64,000 nucleotides of DNA from Minisyncoccia bacterium (GCA_049296855.1 JBAQTF010000012.1:1939-65938), one strand, 5' to 3'; counted from the first letter of the stretch, positions 1-10,295 are shown. Numbers and translations: made by a program. The notes: generated from the sequence alone by a model not told the origin.

Positions 1-366
1 AGTACCACATACTGCAATTTCTGGGTAACTATCCATAAACTTTACCTGTTCCTCCAGTCGTGTAGATAAACTAATATCATCACTATCCATACGTGCTACA
101 TATTCTCCCTGTGCTTTACTTAGACCGAGATTTAGACAGTACGTGTGCCCCATATTCTTTTCATTTTTTATGAATTTAATACGTGGATCAGCATACGATT
201 TTATAATATACGGGCTTTTATCCGTTGATCCATCATCAATGATTATAAACTCAAAATTAGGGTAAGTTTGGCCCAAAATGCTATCCATTGACTCTTGAAG
301 GTATTTTTCACTGTTATAACAGGCCATCAAGACCGTAATTCTCGGTTTTTCTATAGTTTTGTCCAT
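1..366 (-). CDS. Glycosyltransferase family 2, N-terminal portion; gene runs off the window start
   Basis: Manual reverse-strand translation from the ATG at 366 gives MDKTIEKPRITVLMACYNSEKYLQESMDSILGQTYPNFEFIIIDDGSTDKS...ARMDSDDISLSTRLEEQVKFMDSYPEIAVCGT. These are typical GT2 DxD/DSDD motifs. The frame stays open to position 1. Confidence 0.8.
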   Translation of the reverse strand, partial: MDKTIEKPRITVLMACYNSEKYLQESMDSILGQTYPNFEFIIIDDGSTDKSPYIIKSYADPRIKFIKNEKNMGHTYCLNLGLSKAQGEYVARMDSDDISLSTRLEEQVKFMDSYPEIAVCGT

Positions 367-1202
367 GCTAGGGGGATTATATCACTTTTGTCATTTTCGG
401 TGCCTGTGAACCATTTTTGAGGCGAAATCACTACTTTTTTAGGATTACTATTAAGCCAAGCCCCCCACCAGCTAAATGTACTGTTTGCAATAATATTGTG
501 TTTACAAAGACTCATCAGTATAAGTTCTTCGTAGTCTGGAATTATAGTATCAGAAACGAAAATAATCGGATATTTTTTAGGGAAGTTCTCTTTTACCCAT
601 TCTATATCGTCGGAGAATACAAAAAACGTAGTTTTGGGAAATTTTTCATCAATTTTGATCATCCCATTTTCGTAGTATGAAATTGGTAAAATCCCATGTT
701 TATCAGAGATTTTTTTTATGGATACATAATCTCCACGTCGAATATGTATGCTTGTTGAATTTGGTAAAGAAATAATTTGCTTCATAACTTCTTGAGAGGC
801 TTTCCCTAATGGTCTTTTTAGCTTGAAATCATTTCTAATCGTATTTTCATTAGCTTTAAAATATTTTTCGTTGTTCCAGTGACCAATGAAATATCCATTA
901 TTTTGTGACAGAATATTTGGGTCAAAAGCAGATGATTTTTCTATAATTTTCTTGCTCTTTAAACCAAGTTTATTTAGGACTTTTTGAAAAGGGGAGTTGT
1001 AGGAAGCAACCTCTTTGTCTGATGCTTCTTCCAATTCCATTACAAAATTATTTATTCTTAGAGATCTTTGACTTTGGTTAGCCTTTTCTAAGTACGACGA
1101 ATCTATTTTTAAACTAGTTTTATGAATCAATGATAAATTACGCCCCAATGCATATTGAAACATTTGATTACCCAGACCGCCCTCTAATTTTATTATGATC
1201 AT
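351..1202 (-). CDS. Alpha-1,2-fucosyltransferase (GT11 family)
   Basis: The protein has the GGLGNQMFQYA, HIRRGDYV and IANSTFSWWGAWL motifs of FutC-like GT11 enzymes. The ORF-track start at 1229 is a TTG. The ATG at 1202 forms a TAATG stop/start overlap with the upstream gene and restores the typical MIIIKLEGGLGNQ N-terminus. Confidence 0.85.
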   Translation of the reverse strand: MIIIKLEGGLGNQMFQYALGRNLSLIHKTSLKIDSSYLEKANQSQRSLRINNFVMELEEASDKEVASYNSPFQKVLNKLGLKSKKIIEKSSAFDPNILSQNNGYFIGHWNNEKYFKANENTIRNDFKLKRPLGKASQEVMKQIISLPNSTSIHIRRGDYVSIKKISDKHGILPISYYENGMIKIDEKFPKTTFFVFSDDIEWVKENFPKKYPIIFVSDTIIPDYEELILMSLCKHNIIANSTFSWWGAWLNSNPKKVVISPQKWFTGTENDKSDIIPLAWTKL

Positions 1203-2848
1203 TAATTGACTATCCAATAACTCAGACAAGCTTTATTTGTAACTGGATTATTGCTCGATTTTATAGTGAAACTTGTACCGGATGTTCTGGCGTTTATAAC
1301 ATAATTTCGTCCTGTGCCTGTATTGCAAGTAATACCAAGTCTTGTGCCAAGAGATGAGTCTTCCATAATAAATATCTGACTATTAGCTGTTACTGCAGTC
1401 GTGTTAACTACTAGAGTACTACCTCCTGTCGGCATAGCAACACTACCAGCTGGAGCAGAGCCACAAGTAGAAGGCGTTGTAGTAGAATTACAATTTGAAA
1501 CTGTACCTAAGTTTGTGATATTTAACAGTCCTTTCACTGTAGTTGTAGCATTTGTCCGTCCAATGTTAATTGATGTTGCTGTTGTTGAACCAAAAGAAAG
1601 AAGTCCTGCAGAATCTGTATCAAAGCCTAATCCATTCGCTAGAACATTTATGAAATTTCCGAAGATGTCACCATTTACATGAAGAGTTGCTGTGGGCGTA
1701 CTTGTTGCGATTCCAACCTTACTATTTATTATCATGTTTTGGCCAGAACGACCGAATGTCATAGTTGTTGCATTCATTGTGCCAAAATTTAGTATTCCAC
1801 TTGTCACAGAATCAAACAGTGATCCAACTGGCATAAAGAAATTTCCAGAAGTAAGCATAGTATCTGAACCGTCGTCAGAAAGAAGAGCATTACCTATAGT
1901 TGTACTTGCTGTAAACTTTACCAGTCTGTTAATTATTCCTGAACCTGTTATTGATTGATTACTACTTGTATAACTTATTATTACTATTCCTGATCCACCT
2001 GATCCACCAGTATTAGTGTTGCCACCTCCACCTCCACCTCCAGTATTTGGATCTCCATTACCAGGAGTTGAACCACTGTCACTTCCATTTCCTCCACCTC
2101 CTATTCCACCTGAACCGGGTGTAATAGCATCTGTCGCGCCACCCCCTCCGCCAGCATAAGTTACATTAGTTCCAGAAATTGAATTTGCGAGGCCAGCTCC
2201 TCCGTCACTTCCATCTGTATGTCCACCAGCCAGATCTTCTCCTGCTGTAGAAGCACCTCCACCCCCCGCACCTCCATTTCCTGACCCACCCCATATTTGA
2301 TTACCCCCTCTATTTCCTTGTCCTCCATTTCCTGACCCACCATTTGAATCATCTCCAAGCCCAGCCGCGCCACCACCAGAACCACCATCTGCGCCAGTAG
2401 CTGTCGTTGTAGAAAAACTTGAGCCACCTCCTCCACCACCTGTAGAAGTAATAGTACTAAATATTGAATCACCCCCATTAGTTCCTTTACTTGTATATAC
2501 TGTTGCACCACCTCCACCACTGCCAACTGTTACAGAATACGACTGACTTGTAATACTAAAATTAGAATCATATTGATAACCACCCGCACCACCTCCACCA
2601 CCATTATATTGATTAGTTGTACCTCCTCCACCACCACCTCCACCAGCTACAACAAGAGCTTGAACAGTACCCCCACCAGTACCAGTGCAATCTAAAGTTC
2701 CACTGGTTGTAAAAGTGTGAATTGTATTTCCACCCGATTGGATAATAGTTCCTCCAGTACAATCTGATGAGAATGCAAAAACAGTTAAAGGAGAGGCTGT
2801 CAAAGTGATTGCTAAGAATAATGATAAGAATGTTACGATTTTTTTCAT
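1202..2848 (-). CDS. Glycine-rich secreted protein (signal peptide, long Gly/Ser/Thr low-complexity region, structured C-terminal domain)
   Basis: N-terminal signal peptide MKKIVTFLSLFLAITLTASPLTVFA. Poly-Gly tracts include GGGGGGGG and GSGNGGQGNRGGN. The C-terminal roughly 200 aa are non-repetitive. No family recognised. Confidence 0.6.
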   Translation of the reverse strand: MKKIVTFLSLFLAITLTASPLTVFAFSSDCTGGTIIQSGGNTIHTFTTSGTLDCTGTGGGTVQALVVAGGGGGGGGTTNQYNGGGGGAGGYQYDSNFSITSQSYSVTVGSGGGGATVYTSKGTNGGDSIFSTITSTGGGGGGSSFSTTTATGADGGSGGGAAGLGDDSNGGSGNGGQGNRGGNQIWGGSGNGGAGGGGASTAGEDLAGGHTDGSDGGAGLANSISGTNVTYAGGGGGATDAITPGSGGIGGGGNGSDSGSTPGNGDPNTGGGGGGGNTNTGGSGGSGIVIISYTSSNQSITGSGIINRLVKFTASTTIGNALLSDDGSDTMLTSGNFFMPVGSLFDSVTSGILNFGTMNATTMTFGRSGQNMIINSKVGIATSTPTATLHVNGDIFGNFINVLANGLGFDTDSAGLLSFGSTTATSINIGRTNATTTVKGLLNITNLGTVSNCNSTTTPSTCGSAPAGSVAMPTGGSTLVVNTTAVTANSQIFIMEDSSLGTRLGITCNTGTGRNYVINARTSGTSFTIKSSNNPVTNKACLSYWIVN

Positions 2849-2941
2849 AAATTATTGATTAGTAAAGATCATTATTAAATATATACAAACAAATTATATA
2901 TCATATATATGATTATGCCTATGTAGTTAAGAACTAAATTA

Positions 2942-3619
2942 TCAATTTTGTTTCCATAACTCCCAAATAAATTCATATTGATAAACAGGATTGTGAGAAT
3001 TTTTCAGTTTATCTTTGATTTCTTGCATTTCCTTTTTTGCTTCTGGAAAGAAATTATGGAACTGAACAAGAACATAGTTAATATTTTTCATATATCCATA
3101 GTCAATGAGTCTGTTTAATAGAGCATACTCTCCACCTTCAATATTTATTTTAATCAAGTCAATCTTCCGTATATTGTTTTGCTTAATGTATTCAATTACA
3201 TCAACTAATTTAATATCAATTTTCTCTTCACTAATTTTTTTTATTGTTGATGAGCCGTCTCCACCTACACTTATTTTTTTAGTCTCAGTTTTGTCAGATA
3301 AGCCGAATTTATTTACTTTTATTTTTTTATTTTTTTCGAACCTGTGCTGTATTTCTACAGAAAAATTTGGTACTGGCTCAAATATATGGATGTTTGAATT
3401 ATACTTTCCATAAATATTACTTGCCCACTGTCCTTCATATCCTCCAACATCAAAAACTACCGAATTTTCATCAAGAAAAGATAATTTATTTGTGGAATCA
3501 CCGATGTCTTTTCTGAATAATGTTTTCTGGTCTCCAAAGGGGGATATATAAACTTTGTTACTAACATAATTAAATAGACTACCGATTTTTGAGAGTATTT
3601 TACTTAGCGAATTTCTCAT
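2942..3619 (-). CDS. FkbM-family methyltransferase
   Basis: VFDVGGYEGQW ... IKINIEGGEY motifs typical of the FkbM methyltransferase family. Confidence 0.7.
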   Translation of the reverse strand: MRNSLSKILSKIGSLFNYVSNKVYISPFGDQKTLFRKDIGDSTNKLSFLDENSVVFDVGGYEGQWASNIYGKYNSNIHIFEPVPNFSVEIQHRFEKNKKIKVNKFGLSDKTETKKISVGGDGSSTIKKISEEKIDIKLVDVIEYIKQNNIRKIDLIKINIEGGEYALLNRLIDYGYMKNINYVLVQFHNFFPEAKKEMQEIKDKLKNSHNPVYQYEFIWELWKQN

Positions 3620-3622
3620 GAT

Positions 3623-4540
3623 TTATTTTATTAGTTTTCTTAAAAAAGCTTTAATTTTATATACAATTTTACTATTTTTTTCGAGCTTAATTATTCTACT
3701 CGTATTCTCAGAAATTTTTTCACCTCTTAATCTAATCGGTTTAGTTTTTAAATTATCAAACCATGTAAATCTTCCTTCCTTACTGAGCATATAGTCAATA
3801 TCCTCATCAATAATTTTATCTAGGAACGGCATAACTGCTATTAAGGCTGACATAGTCACATTTCCCTTTTTGTTTTCTCTTACCCAATGTGAATTAATTC
3901 CTGCTCTATGTAGGTAGTATGTATTTTCTAGAGTAATCATTTTTGAGCCACTAAATAGTTGTCTAATTCCAAATGTCCAAGAATCCAATGTTTGGTTAAC
4001 AATTGTCGGCTCAAAATATGTTCCTGCTTTTTTCCAGCTTGATTTGGTAAATAGATAATTTCCAGTAGGACAAGGAGTGATATGTCCTGCCAAACAATTC
4101 TGTGCGGTTATCTCCTTTTGGAATAACCATTTTTGTGTAATATTATTTATATCGTTCTTAAAGAACCATAATTCACTAAAGGCAACAGCATCAGCATTAT
4201 TTAGAAGTAAATACTCTTTAAGTTTTTTAATGCTTCCTGAAATAAGGATATTATCTGAATCTAGTGTAAAAAGTAAATCATTTTTTGAAATCTGTATGGC
4301 AGTGTTTCTCCCAGCTGCTGCTGTGCCTTTATTGATTTGATGTCTAAAAGAGATAACTTGAGAGTACTTCTTCTTTAGCCTTGTAATTATTTTTGAAGTA
4401 TCATCAGTCGACGCATCATCTACTATGATAACTTCATCACCATCCTCAAAATTCCCATTAAAAATTGAGTCAACAGATTCTTCTATTGTATCGTCACAGT
4501 TATAAGCAGGAATAATAAAACTTATGTTTGATTTATTCAT
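3623..4540 (-). CDS. Glycosyltransferase family 2
   Basis: N-terminus ISFIIPAYNCDDTIEESVDSI...VIIVDDASTDDT...LDSDN is a GT2 Rossmann-like fold with DxD. Confidence 0.8.
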   Translation of the reverse strand: MNKSNISFIIPAYNCDDTIEESVDSIFNGNFEDGDEVIIVDDASTDDTSKIITRLKKKYSQVISFRHQINKGTAAAGRNTAIQISKNDLLFTLDSDNILISGSIKKLKEYLLLNNADAVAFSELWFFKNDINNITQKWLFQKEITAQNCLAGHITPCPTGNYLFTKSSWKKAGTYFEPTIVNQTLDSWTFGIRQLFSGSKMITLENTYYLHRAGINSHWVRENKKGNVTMSALIAVMPFLDKIIDEDIDYMLSKEGRFTWFDNLKTKPIRLRGEKISENTSRIIKLEKNSKIVYKIKAFLRKLIK

Positions 4541-5453
4541 TTTTTTTAAATACCACTATAATACTATGTCCAATGATATGTTCAGAAATGGATGATATCC
4601 CCAAAAAAGCAAGACGATTAGCCATATTTTTTAGTATAAAAGAAAAAGGTCCAAGCTTTTCATTTAATTTTTTCTCAACCACTTTTTCAGCGATTTCGTT
4701 CGCAAATCCCAGATGATATTTTTGTAGGGGTTCAAGATAAATTGATTCTAGCTTCATATTGAAATTATACTGTAATTTAATTAGTGAGTTCATATTCCAC
4801 ATGCCCATATGATGTGGGGGCATATTTAAAGTTGCATCATTTGATTTCATTATTAAGCAGTCATTGTTCGGGATACTTATAACCATTTTACCTCCGGGTT
4901 TTAGGACTGATAAAGAAGAATTGATGAAATTTTTTATATCGTATACATGCTCCATTACCTGAAAAGAACAAACCGTATCGTAGTAGTTTTTTTTATTTTT
5001 AGAAAACTGCTCTATTGTTTCAGGGTAGACAGACAGATCTTTTTCTTTACACTCTTTTACTGCATCAGAGTTTAATTCCAGTCCTTCAACTACTGCTCCA
5101 TTTTCTTTCATTTTTTTAATAAAAGTTCCCCGAGCGCAACCGATCTCTAAGACTTTGTCATTTTTTTTCACTAAGCCGTAAGCTATTTCATGCTCCCATT
5201 TCCAATCCATATAGTACCAAGGGAATTTCTCTAGTTTTTGATAGAAAGAGTCATCACCGGAAATATTTAAAGGATAATAAAATCTGTATCCAGTATCTAG
5301 ACACTTGTATATAGAGACAATTTTTATATTTTTAAAAAACTTTGAAACGTCCATATCCAGCTCTTTTTTATAGCGTTCGATTATGTACGAAGAGGGGATT
5401 TCTCTTTCAGGAACGACATTATTTGATCCTGTAACTGGACTTTTTATTTCCAT
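4533..5453 (-). CDS. Class I SAM-dependent methyltransferase
   Basis: VLEIGCARGTF ... LKPGGKMVISIPN motifs. Confidence 0.7.
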   Translation of the reverse strand: MEIKSPVTGSNNVVPEREIPSSYIIERYKKELDMDVSKFFKNIKIVSIYKCLDTGYRFYYPLNISGDDSFYQKLEKFPWYYMDWKWEHEIAYGLVKKNDKVLEIGCARGTFIKKMKENGAVVEGLELNSDAVKECKEKDLSVYPETIEQFSKNKKNYYDTVCSFQVMEHVYDIKNFINSSLSVLKPGGKMVISIPNNDCLIMKSNDATLNMPPHHMGMWNMNSLIKLQYNFNMKLESIYLEPLQKYHLGFANEIAEKVVEKKLNEKLGPFSFILKNMANRLAFLGISSISEHIIGHSIIVVFKKNE

Positions 5454-6325
5454 ATTTTTTTTATGACATTAGCTCCATTTTTTATAGGCAACTCAAACGA
5501 TTTTGGTGTAATTTTTATTATCTTTTCTAAAGTAAGAGTTCGAATTTTCCCACCGAAAACATGACGATAAGTGTAAAAGTCAGCCAAAACATCCCTTTTA
5601 ATTTTCTTTGGGTGTACTAATGGGAAGACCATTTTGTGAGATTTCATATTAGAAAACTCCGTAATCTCTGTTGTGTGAGTTGCATCTTCTCCAGATCCGA
5701 TATTTGAGACCAGGTTTACATTCGGGATAACGGCGAGCCCACCTCGTCTTTTAACTGAATTGAGCCATTGTTTATCCCAGATGTGTTTTCTTTGTTCAGG
5801 ACTTATCATATTATGGTCATAGTATTTCCAAGCTCTCGCCCATGTTGCCCAACCCCAATTATGAGTATATTCTGAAAAATAGTAAGAACCATTTCCTCTT
5901 TTTTTACCATCTTGAAAATTATTTCCACTTATGTGCATTATTTTCGGATTATCTTTATACTTTTCCAAAAGTTCCTGACAGAAATAGTAAAAGCTAGGGT
6001 GGGGAAGGCAATCATCGTCCATTATAATACCTCGATCTACGTGCTCAAACATCCATTTTATTCCTGTAACAGATCCTGTTCCACAACCTAAATTTTCTTT
6101 TTGAAACAACGTTTTGACTTTGCAAGGCCAATCGACTCTATTTGCTATTTCTCGAGCCTTTTCGCATTTTGCAACATCATCTGGCCTGTCTTTTCTTGGA
6201 CCGTCAGCACAGATAAAAAATTGTTTTGGTTTCATTTTCCTCACCACCTCAAAAGATTTGTCAGATATTTCTGGACGGTTAAAAATCATAAGAAGTATTG
6301 GTGTATCGAGTTGTTTATTGTCCAT
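5444..6325 (-). CDS. Nucleotide-diphospho-sugar transferase (HlpA / GNT-I-like glycosyltransferase)
   Basis: PILLMIFNRPE...FICADGPR...DDDCLPHPSFYYFC pattern seen in HlpA-like GT-A glycosyltransferases. Confidence 0.55.
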   Translation of the reverse strand: MDNKQLDTPILLMIFNRPEISDKSFEVVRKMKPKQFFICADGPRKDRPDDVAKCEKAREIANRVDWPCKVKTLFQKENLGCGTGSVTGIKWMFEHVDRGIIMDDDCLPHPSFYYFCQELLEKYKDNPKIMHISGNNFQDGKKRGNGSYYFSEYTHNWGWATWARAWKYYDHNMISPEQRKHIWDKQWLNSVKRRGGLAVIPNVNLVSNIGSGEDATHTTEITEFSNMKSHKMVFPLVHPKKIKRDVLADFYTYRHVFGGKIRTLTLEKIIKITPKSFELPIKNGANVIKKIWK

Positions 6326-6339
6326 AGTTCCTAATAAGA

Positions 6340-8370
6340 CTATGCTAAATAGTGTTTAATTTCAAGCTCAATTTCTTTTGCTATTTTTACACTATTTACA
6401 ATCTTACCGCCTAGAATTGACCAGCATCCAAAACCATAGTATGTCGTATCAGATGGTCTAGCATCATCGTGTTCTCTATAGGCATTTACTGCTCTATGAA
6501 CGTATCTAACATCAACGATTTCTGCCTTTTCTAAGATAGGTATCCATTCTTTACTTTTATTTAGTGTTTCTTTTATCATTGTCTTTGTTCTTTTTCGGCC
6601 ATGGGGGATTCCATTTTTGGGGACATATCTTTCTAGCATTGACTCTTTTATATGGACAAGAGTAAAAAGACCATCTTTACTTGTTGGTACCAGATTTGTA
6701 AACGGTCCGTCCATAATAGCGATAGATATTTTAGGTAGAGGTAATTTAACTATGAGTGTTTCTACAAGGTCAATACGGACAGGTTTTATAGGGAAATCAA
6801 ACCAATGAGAAAATTTATTGTGTCTTGCATATGTAGCGTTTATAACATAATCAAACTCTTTTGAGTTTTTGTTACCTTTTGAGTCGATAAATGTTAAGAC
6901 TTTCTTTCCATCAGGGTTGATTTTTCCAGAAACAACCTCAGAATTAAATTTTATTTTAAGATTGTGTGATTTTTGTATGCGTGCTTCTACAAGTTTCTTT
7001 AAGCGATCATAGTTATATATTGGCTCAAATGTTTTTAAAGATAATGATATTTTATTTCGATTTAAGAATTTTTCATTCGGATATTCTATTGTAAAAGGCA
7101 GATTGTGTTTACGACAGAATTTAAGATAGTCCTCTGGGGTTGTTTTTGACTTTGATTTTGCGACAGAATAATAAGTAGGGAATTCATAGACAATAGCCTC
7201 ACTATATAGATCTTCAAAAGCTTCTATAGCTTCACGGATATCCTCCACTGTTTTATCGCTCCTCGGATAGTGATATCCCCAGTGATGGCGATATTGATTG
7301 ATATAAGAGGCTTCAAGCATGATATCTTGGTTTTTTTCAAAGACGGTAACATCAGTGAATTTGGCCAATTCTAATGCACAATTTATTCCAAAAATTCCAC
7401 TACCTATAACAGCCACTTTTGGTTTCGCTAGATTAACAACATTTTTCTCCTTTGATTCTATTTCTTCTGCAATAGAGACGATACGTGTTCCTACGTCTAA
7501 ATCTGGGTATTTAACCTTTTTTCCTTTCAATAATTTTAAAAATACCACCAGTTCTTCTTCGAGAGGTGATTTTTCAGAAGTGCATTTTACTATCTTTACA
7601 GAACCGCTTTCTAAATTTTTGATCGAAATTATATTTTCTAGAAAGTCACATTTTATTTCCTTTTTGGAGAATATAAAATCTATTGTCCGAATTTTTTTAT
7701 CACCAGACCACCCAAGTTTAAATGTGGCATGTTTATTTTTAGCGTATTTTACCTCTACCGTTCGAGTTCTTTTAGATATTTTTGTAGAGATAGTTCCCGG
7801 ACTCATTCCAATAATAAAATCTACTATATCGAATAGGTGAAGTAGTTCAAAGGCTATAGGTCTTCCGTTGTCAGTATCTTTCTGGTTGGTAAAACTACCA
7901 TTTATGATGACAGGTTCTTTTTTGAATGGTTCTAGTATAGACCTAAGCTTTTTTATAGAAGGGTTATATCTAAAAATATGTCCAACCATAAAAGTTCTTC
8001 GATATTTCTTAGCTTCTGTAGTTATTCTCTTTGCTTCCAGGGTGTTCATCGCTAGAGGTTTTTCGATAAACACATCAGTCACAGGTAAGCATTTCATAGC
8101 AATTTCGTAATGAGTCTCAGGAGGCGTTACAATATCAACTGCATCTACACTTTTGAGTACGTCGTCTGTTATTTTAGTCCACACTTTTACATTATATTTT
8201 TTAGTTATATTTTTCTGCGACTCTTGAGATTTAACTACGACTCCAAATACAGAAATTACCCCTTTTTTCTCCAAAGAAAGAAGAGTTTCAAGATGTTTTT
8301 CTCCAAATCGTCCAGCTCCGATGAGTAGAATTGACGGTCTTTTATTCTTTTTTTTCTCAGTGAGTTTCAT
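6340..8370 (-). CDS. Fusion oxidoreductase: N-terminal Gfo/Idh/MocA NAD(P)-binding domain plus C-terminal FAD/NAD(P)-binding oxidoreductase domain
   Basis: N-terminus ILLIGAGRFGEKHLETL is a Gfo/Idh/MocA Rossmann fold. A second dinucleotide-binding motif VAVIGSGIFGINCALELAK occurs near residue 320. Confidence 0.6.
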   Translation of the reverse strand: MKLTEKKKNKRPSILLIGAGRFGEKHLETLLSLEKKGVISVFGVVVKSQESQKNITKKYNVKVWTKITDDVLKSVDAVDIVTPPETHYEIAMKCLPVTDVFIEKPLAMNTLEAKRITTEAKKYRRTFMVGHIFRYNPSIKKLRSILEPFKKEPVIINGSFTNQKDTDNGRPIAFELLHLFDIVDFIIGMSPGTISTKISKRTRTVEVKYAKNKHATFKLGWSGDKKIRTIDFIFSKKEIKCDFLENIISIKNLESGSVKIVKCTSEKSPLEEELVVFLKLLKGKKVKYPDLDVGTRIVSIAEEIESKEKNVVNLAKPKVAVIGSGIFGINCALELAKFTDVTVFEKNQDIMLEASYINQYRHHWGYHYPRSDKTVEDIREAIEAFEDLYSEAIVYEFPTYYSVAKSKSKTTPEDYLKFCRKHNLPFTIEYPNEKFLNRNKISLSLKTFEPIYNYDRLKKLVEARIQKSHNLKIKFNSEVVSGKINPDGKKVLTFIDSKGNKNSKEFDYVINATYARHNKFSHWFDFPIKPVRIDLVETLIVKLPLPKISIAIMDGPFTNLVPTSKDGLFTLVHIKESMLERYVPKNGIPHGRKRTKTMIKETLNKSKEWIPILEKAEIVDVRYVHRAVNAYREHDDARPSDTTYYGFGCWSILGGKIVNSVKIAKEIELEIKHYLA

Positions 8371-9196
8371 TGAATATACTGTCGCTTTTTAGCTCTGGAT
8401 AGTCAAGTGGGGTGTTTGAGCAAATGATTCCGTTCGGACGTCCTGTCCTGTTATTTATTCGATAATAAAAGAAAATTTTATCCCATTTTATTTTTCCCGA
8501 ATTAAATAGTTTTTTAATATCACTCAAATAATCATGATTTTTCATTGCCTCCATCAATATTACGTATTTTTTCGACATTGCAAAAAGATTTTCTAGTGCT
8601 ATTAGGTGTAATTCATCTGTACGAATGTGCATTATTACTGCTTGAGTATAGGTCAGATCGCATTGTTCGAAAGGGAGTTTGGTAAAAAGTGTGGTTGCAT
8701 CAGACTGTGATATATTATTTTTTAAATGGGGATATGTCTTCTCTAGACTTTTTAGTTGTTTGTCTGAGAGGTCTATGCCACAGATTCTTTTGTTTGGAAG
8801 TAATACAGAAAGATTATGAAGGTGCATACCTGTTCCGCACCCCATCTCAAAAATAGAATCTGGATTCAGTTGAAGTATAGTTTCGTATAAAAATTCATGA
8901 GATTCATGGAGGGGTTTGATTTCTTGGTTGTTTTTAATTAATTTCCCATTCTTAAGAACGTAATCGTTCTTTTTTAGTGATTGAGTGTAGTATTTTGATA
9001 CTTTCTTTAGTTCACCTAAGTAGTGAAGATGATAAAGTGTCCAGTCAAACATGTCTTTGTCATTATTCTTTGGATTGGAAAAGTGGAGTTTTACAGCAAC
9101 TTTTCTTATAGATTTTAAAAAATGATACCCGAATATCTCAATGTTCGGATAATACTCATCTTTATTTGTAATAAATTTTTTTATTTTCTTCAGCAT
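8357..9196 (-). CDS. Class I SAM-dependent methyltransferase
   Basis: EMGCGTGMHLHNL motif. Confidence 0.65.
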   Translation of the reverse strand: MLKKIKKFITNKDEYYPNIEIFGYHFLKSIRKVAVKLHFSNPKNNDKDMFDWTLYHLHYLGELKKVSKYYTQSLKKNDYVLKNGKLIKNNQEIKPLHESHEFLYETILQLNPDSIFEMGCGTGMHLHNLSVLLPNKRICGIDLSDKQLKSLEKTYPHLKNNISQSDATTLFTKLPFEQCDLTYTQAVIMHIRTDELHLIALENLFAMSKKYVILMEAMKNHDYLSDIKKLFNSGKIKWDKIFFYYRINNRTGRPNGIICSNTPLDYPELKSDSIFNETH

Positions 9197-9197
9197 A

Positions 9198-10295
9198 CTA
9201 TATGATGTGTTTTAGTTTTAAGATTTCTATAACACGATTGCAAAAACTTTTTGGAAGGAATTGAATATATTTATCACTTGTCAGGTAGCGTTTACCAGCG
9301 AGGATGTATTTATTGTACTCGCCCTCTTTCATCTTAATAAGGTATTTTGCTAATTCTGTATTATTATTGAATTTTCGGCGGTCAATAAATGTATCAGAAT
9401 CAATATAGTCTGTTATATTTGGAGCGCCCCAATATACAGGAACTGTCCCGGCTTGAAGTGAGTCAAATATTTTCTCTGTTATATATCCATTTGTTCCAGA
9501 TAGATTTTCGTAACAAATATTGAATTTGTATTTTGATAATGTTTCTATCTTGTCTTTTGAATGCCCACGGTATGTTTTATATTTTTTTATAAACCAAGGA
9601 AATATTCTTTGCAATCTAGTGATAGGTATGTTCCACCTTACTCCATATAGATCAAAATTGTCAGGGAAGTTCGAGTCAAAATATTCAATAGATTTTCTTC
9701 TTTCTGAGTATAACTCATTTTTCTCTCTCGAGTACTTATTAAAAGATATATTCACTAACAGTTTTTTTTGACTAAACGGAACAACTGTTCCTAATGGTTT
9801 ACGGTCTGGTATAGGTAGACGAAATTTGAAGAACTTTTTATTGTCCACCAATTCATCATTCCAGGTCAAGATAGTGGAAAATTTATCGTGTAATGATTTT
9901 ACGTAGTTGTATGGTTTAACTGATTTACCTTCCCATAAAACCAAAACCATTTTATCCTTTAATCCGTGGTGGAGGCATTCCTGATATAACTTTCTTTTTG
10001 GCTCAGGTTTTTTCTTTAAAGTTTCTTTTCGCAGAAAGGGAATATTACTTAATGGGTATTTTAGTTTCTCGCCCAAACTACTTCCGTCCATGAAAATCAC
10101 ACAGGTGCAGTTATCCAGACTATTTTGATCAATAGTTTTAAAGGTGTATCCAAGTTCTAAAAACCTGTCTCTTAAGAATTTCCACGGATCATTCATGTTG
10201 TTTATGTCATCCTTGAACATGGCATTATTCGCCAGAGCGGGGCTATCAAAGTTTATGAATATATCTTTCATGTTTTTATAAAGGTTTCCAAACAA
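9198..10295 (-). CDS. Alpha-1,3(/4)-fucosyltransferase (GT10 family)
   Basis: YKFNICYENLSGTNGYITEKIFDSLQAGTVPVYWGAPN matches the GT10 FucT signature (compare Helicobacter FutA/B, YKFNLCFENS...YVTEK...IPIYWG). Confidence 0.85.
   Translation of the reverse strand: MFGNLYKNMKDIFINFDSPALANNAMFKDDINNMNDPWKFLRDRFLELGYTFKTIDQNSLDNCTCVIFMDGSSLGEKLKYPLSNIPFLRKETLKKKPEPKRKLYQECLHHGLKDKMVLVLWEGKSVKPYNYVKSLHDKFSTILTWNDELVDNKKFFKFRLPIPDRKPLGTVVPFSQKKLLVNISFNKYSREKNELYSERRKSIEYFDSNFPDNFDLYGVRWNIPITRLQRIFPWFIKKYKTYRGHSKDKIETLSKYKFNICYENLSGTNGYITEKIFDSLQAGTVPVYWGAPNITDYIDSDTFIDRRKFNNNTELAKYLIKMKEGEYNKYILAGKRYLTSDKYIQFLPKSFCNRVIEILKLKHII

Noticed and set aside
417-680. Many short ORFs antisense to or nested within confidently assigned genes. 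Examples: 417-680, 1401-1682, 1692-1958, 2161-2526, 3105-3413, 4077-4340, 7319-7840, 33490-34023, 35569-36108, 51352-51971.
   Set aside because: They lie entirely inside longer ORFs that have clear family signatures. Low-complexity translations, such as the poly-Pro/Gly mirror of the Gly-rich gene, make them typical six-frame artefacts.
1950-2700. Repetitive GGTGG/GGAGG tracts in the Gly-rich gene, considered as a possible CRISPR or tandem repeat array
   Set aside because: The repeats are irregular and in-frame, encoding poly-Gly low complexity. There is no repeat-spacer periodicity. No CRISPR array is present anywhere in the window.
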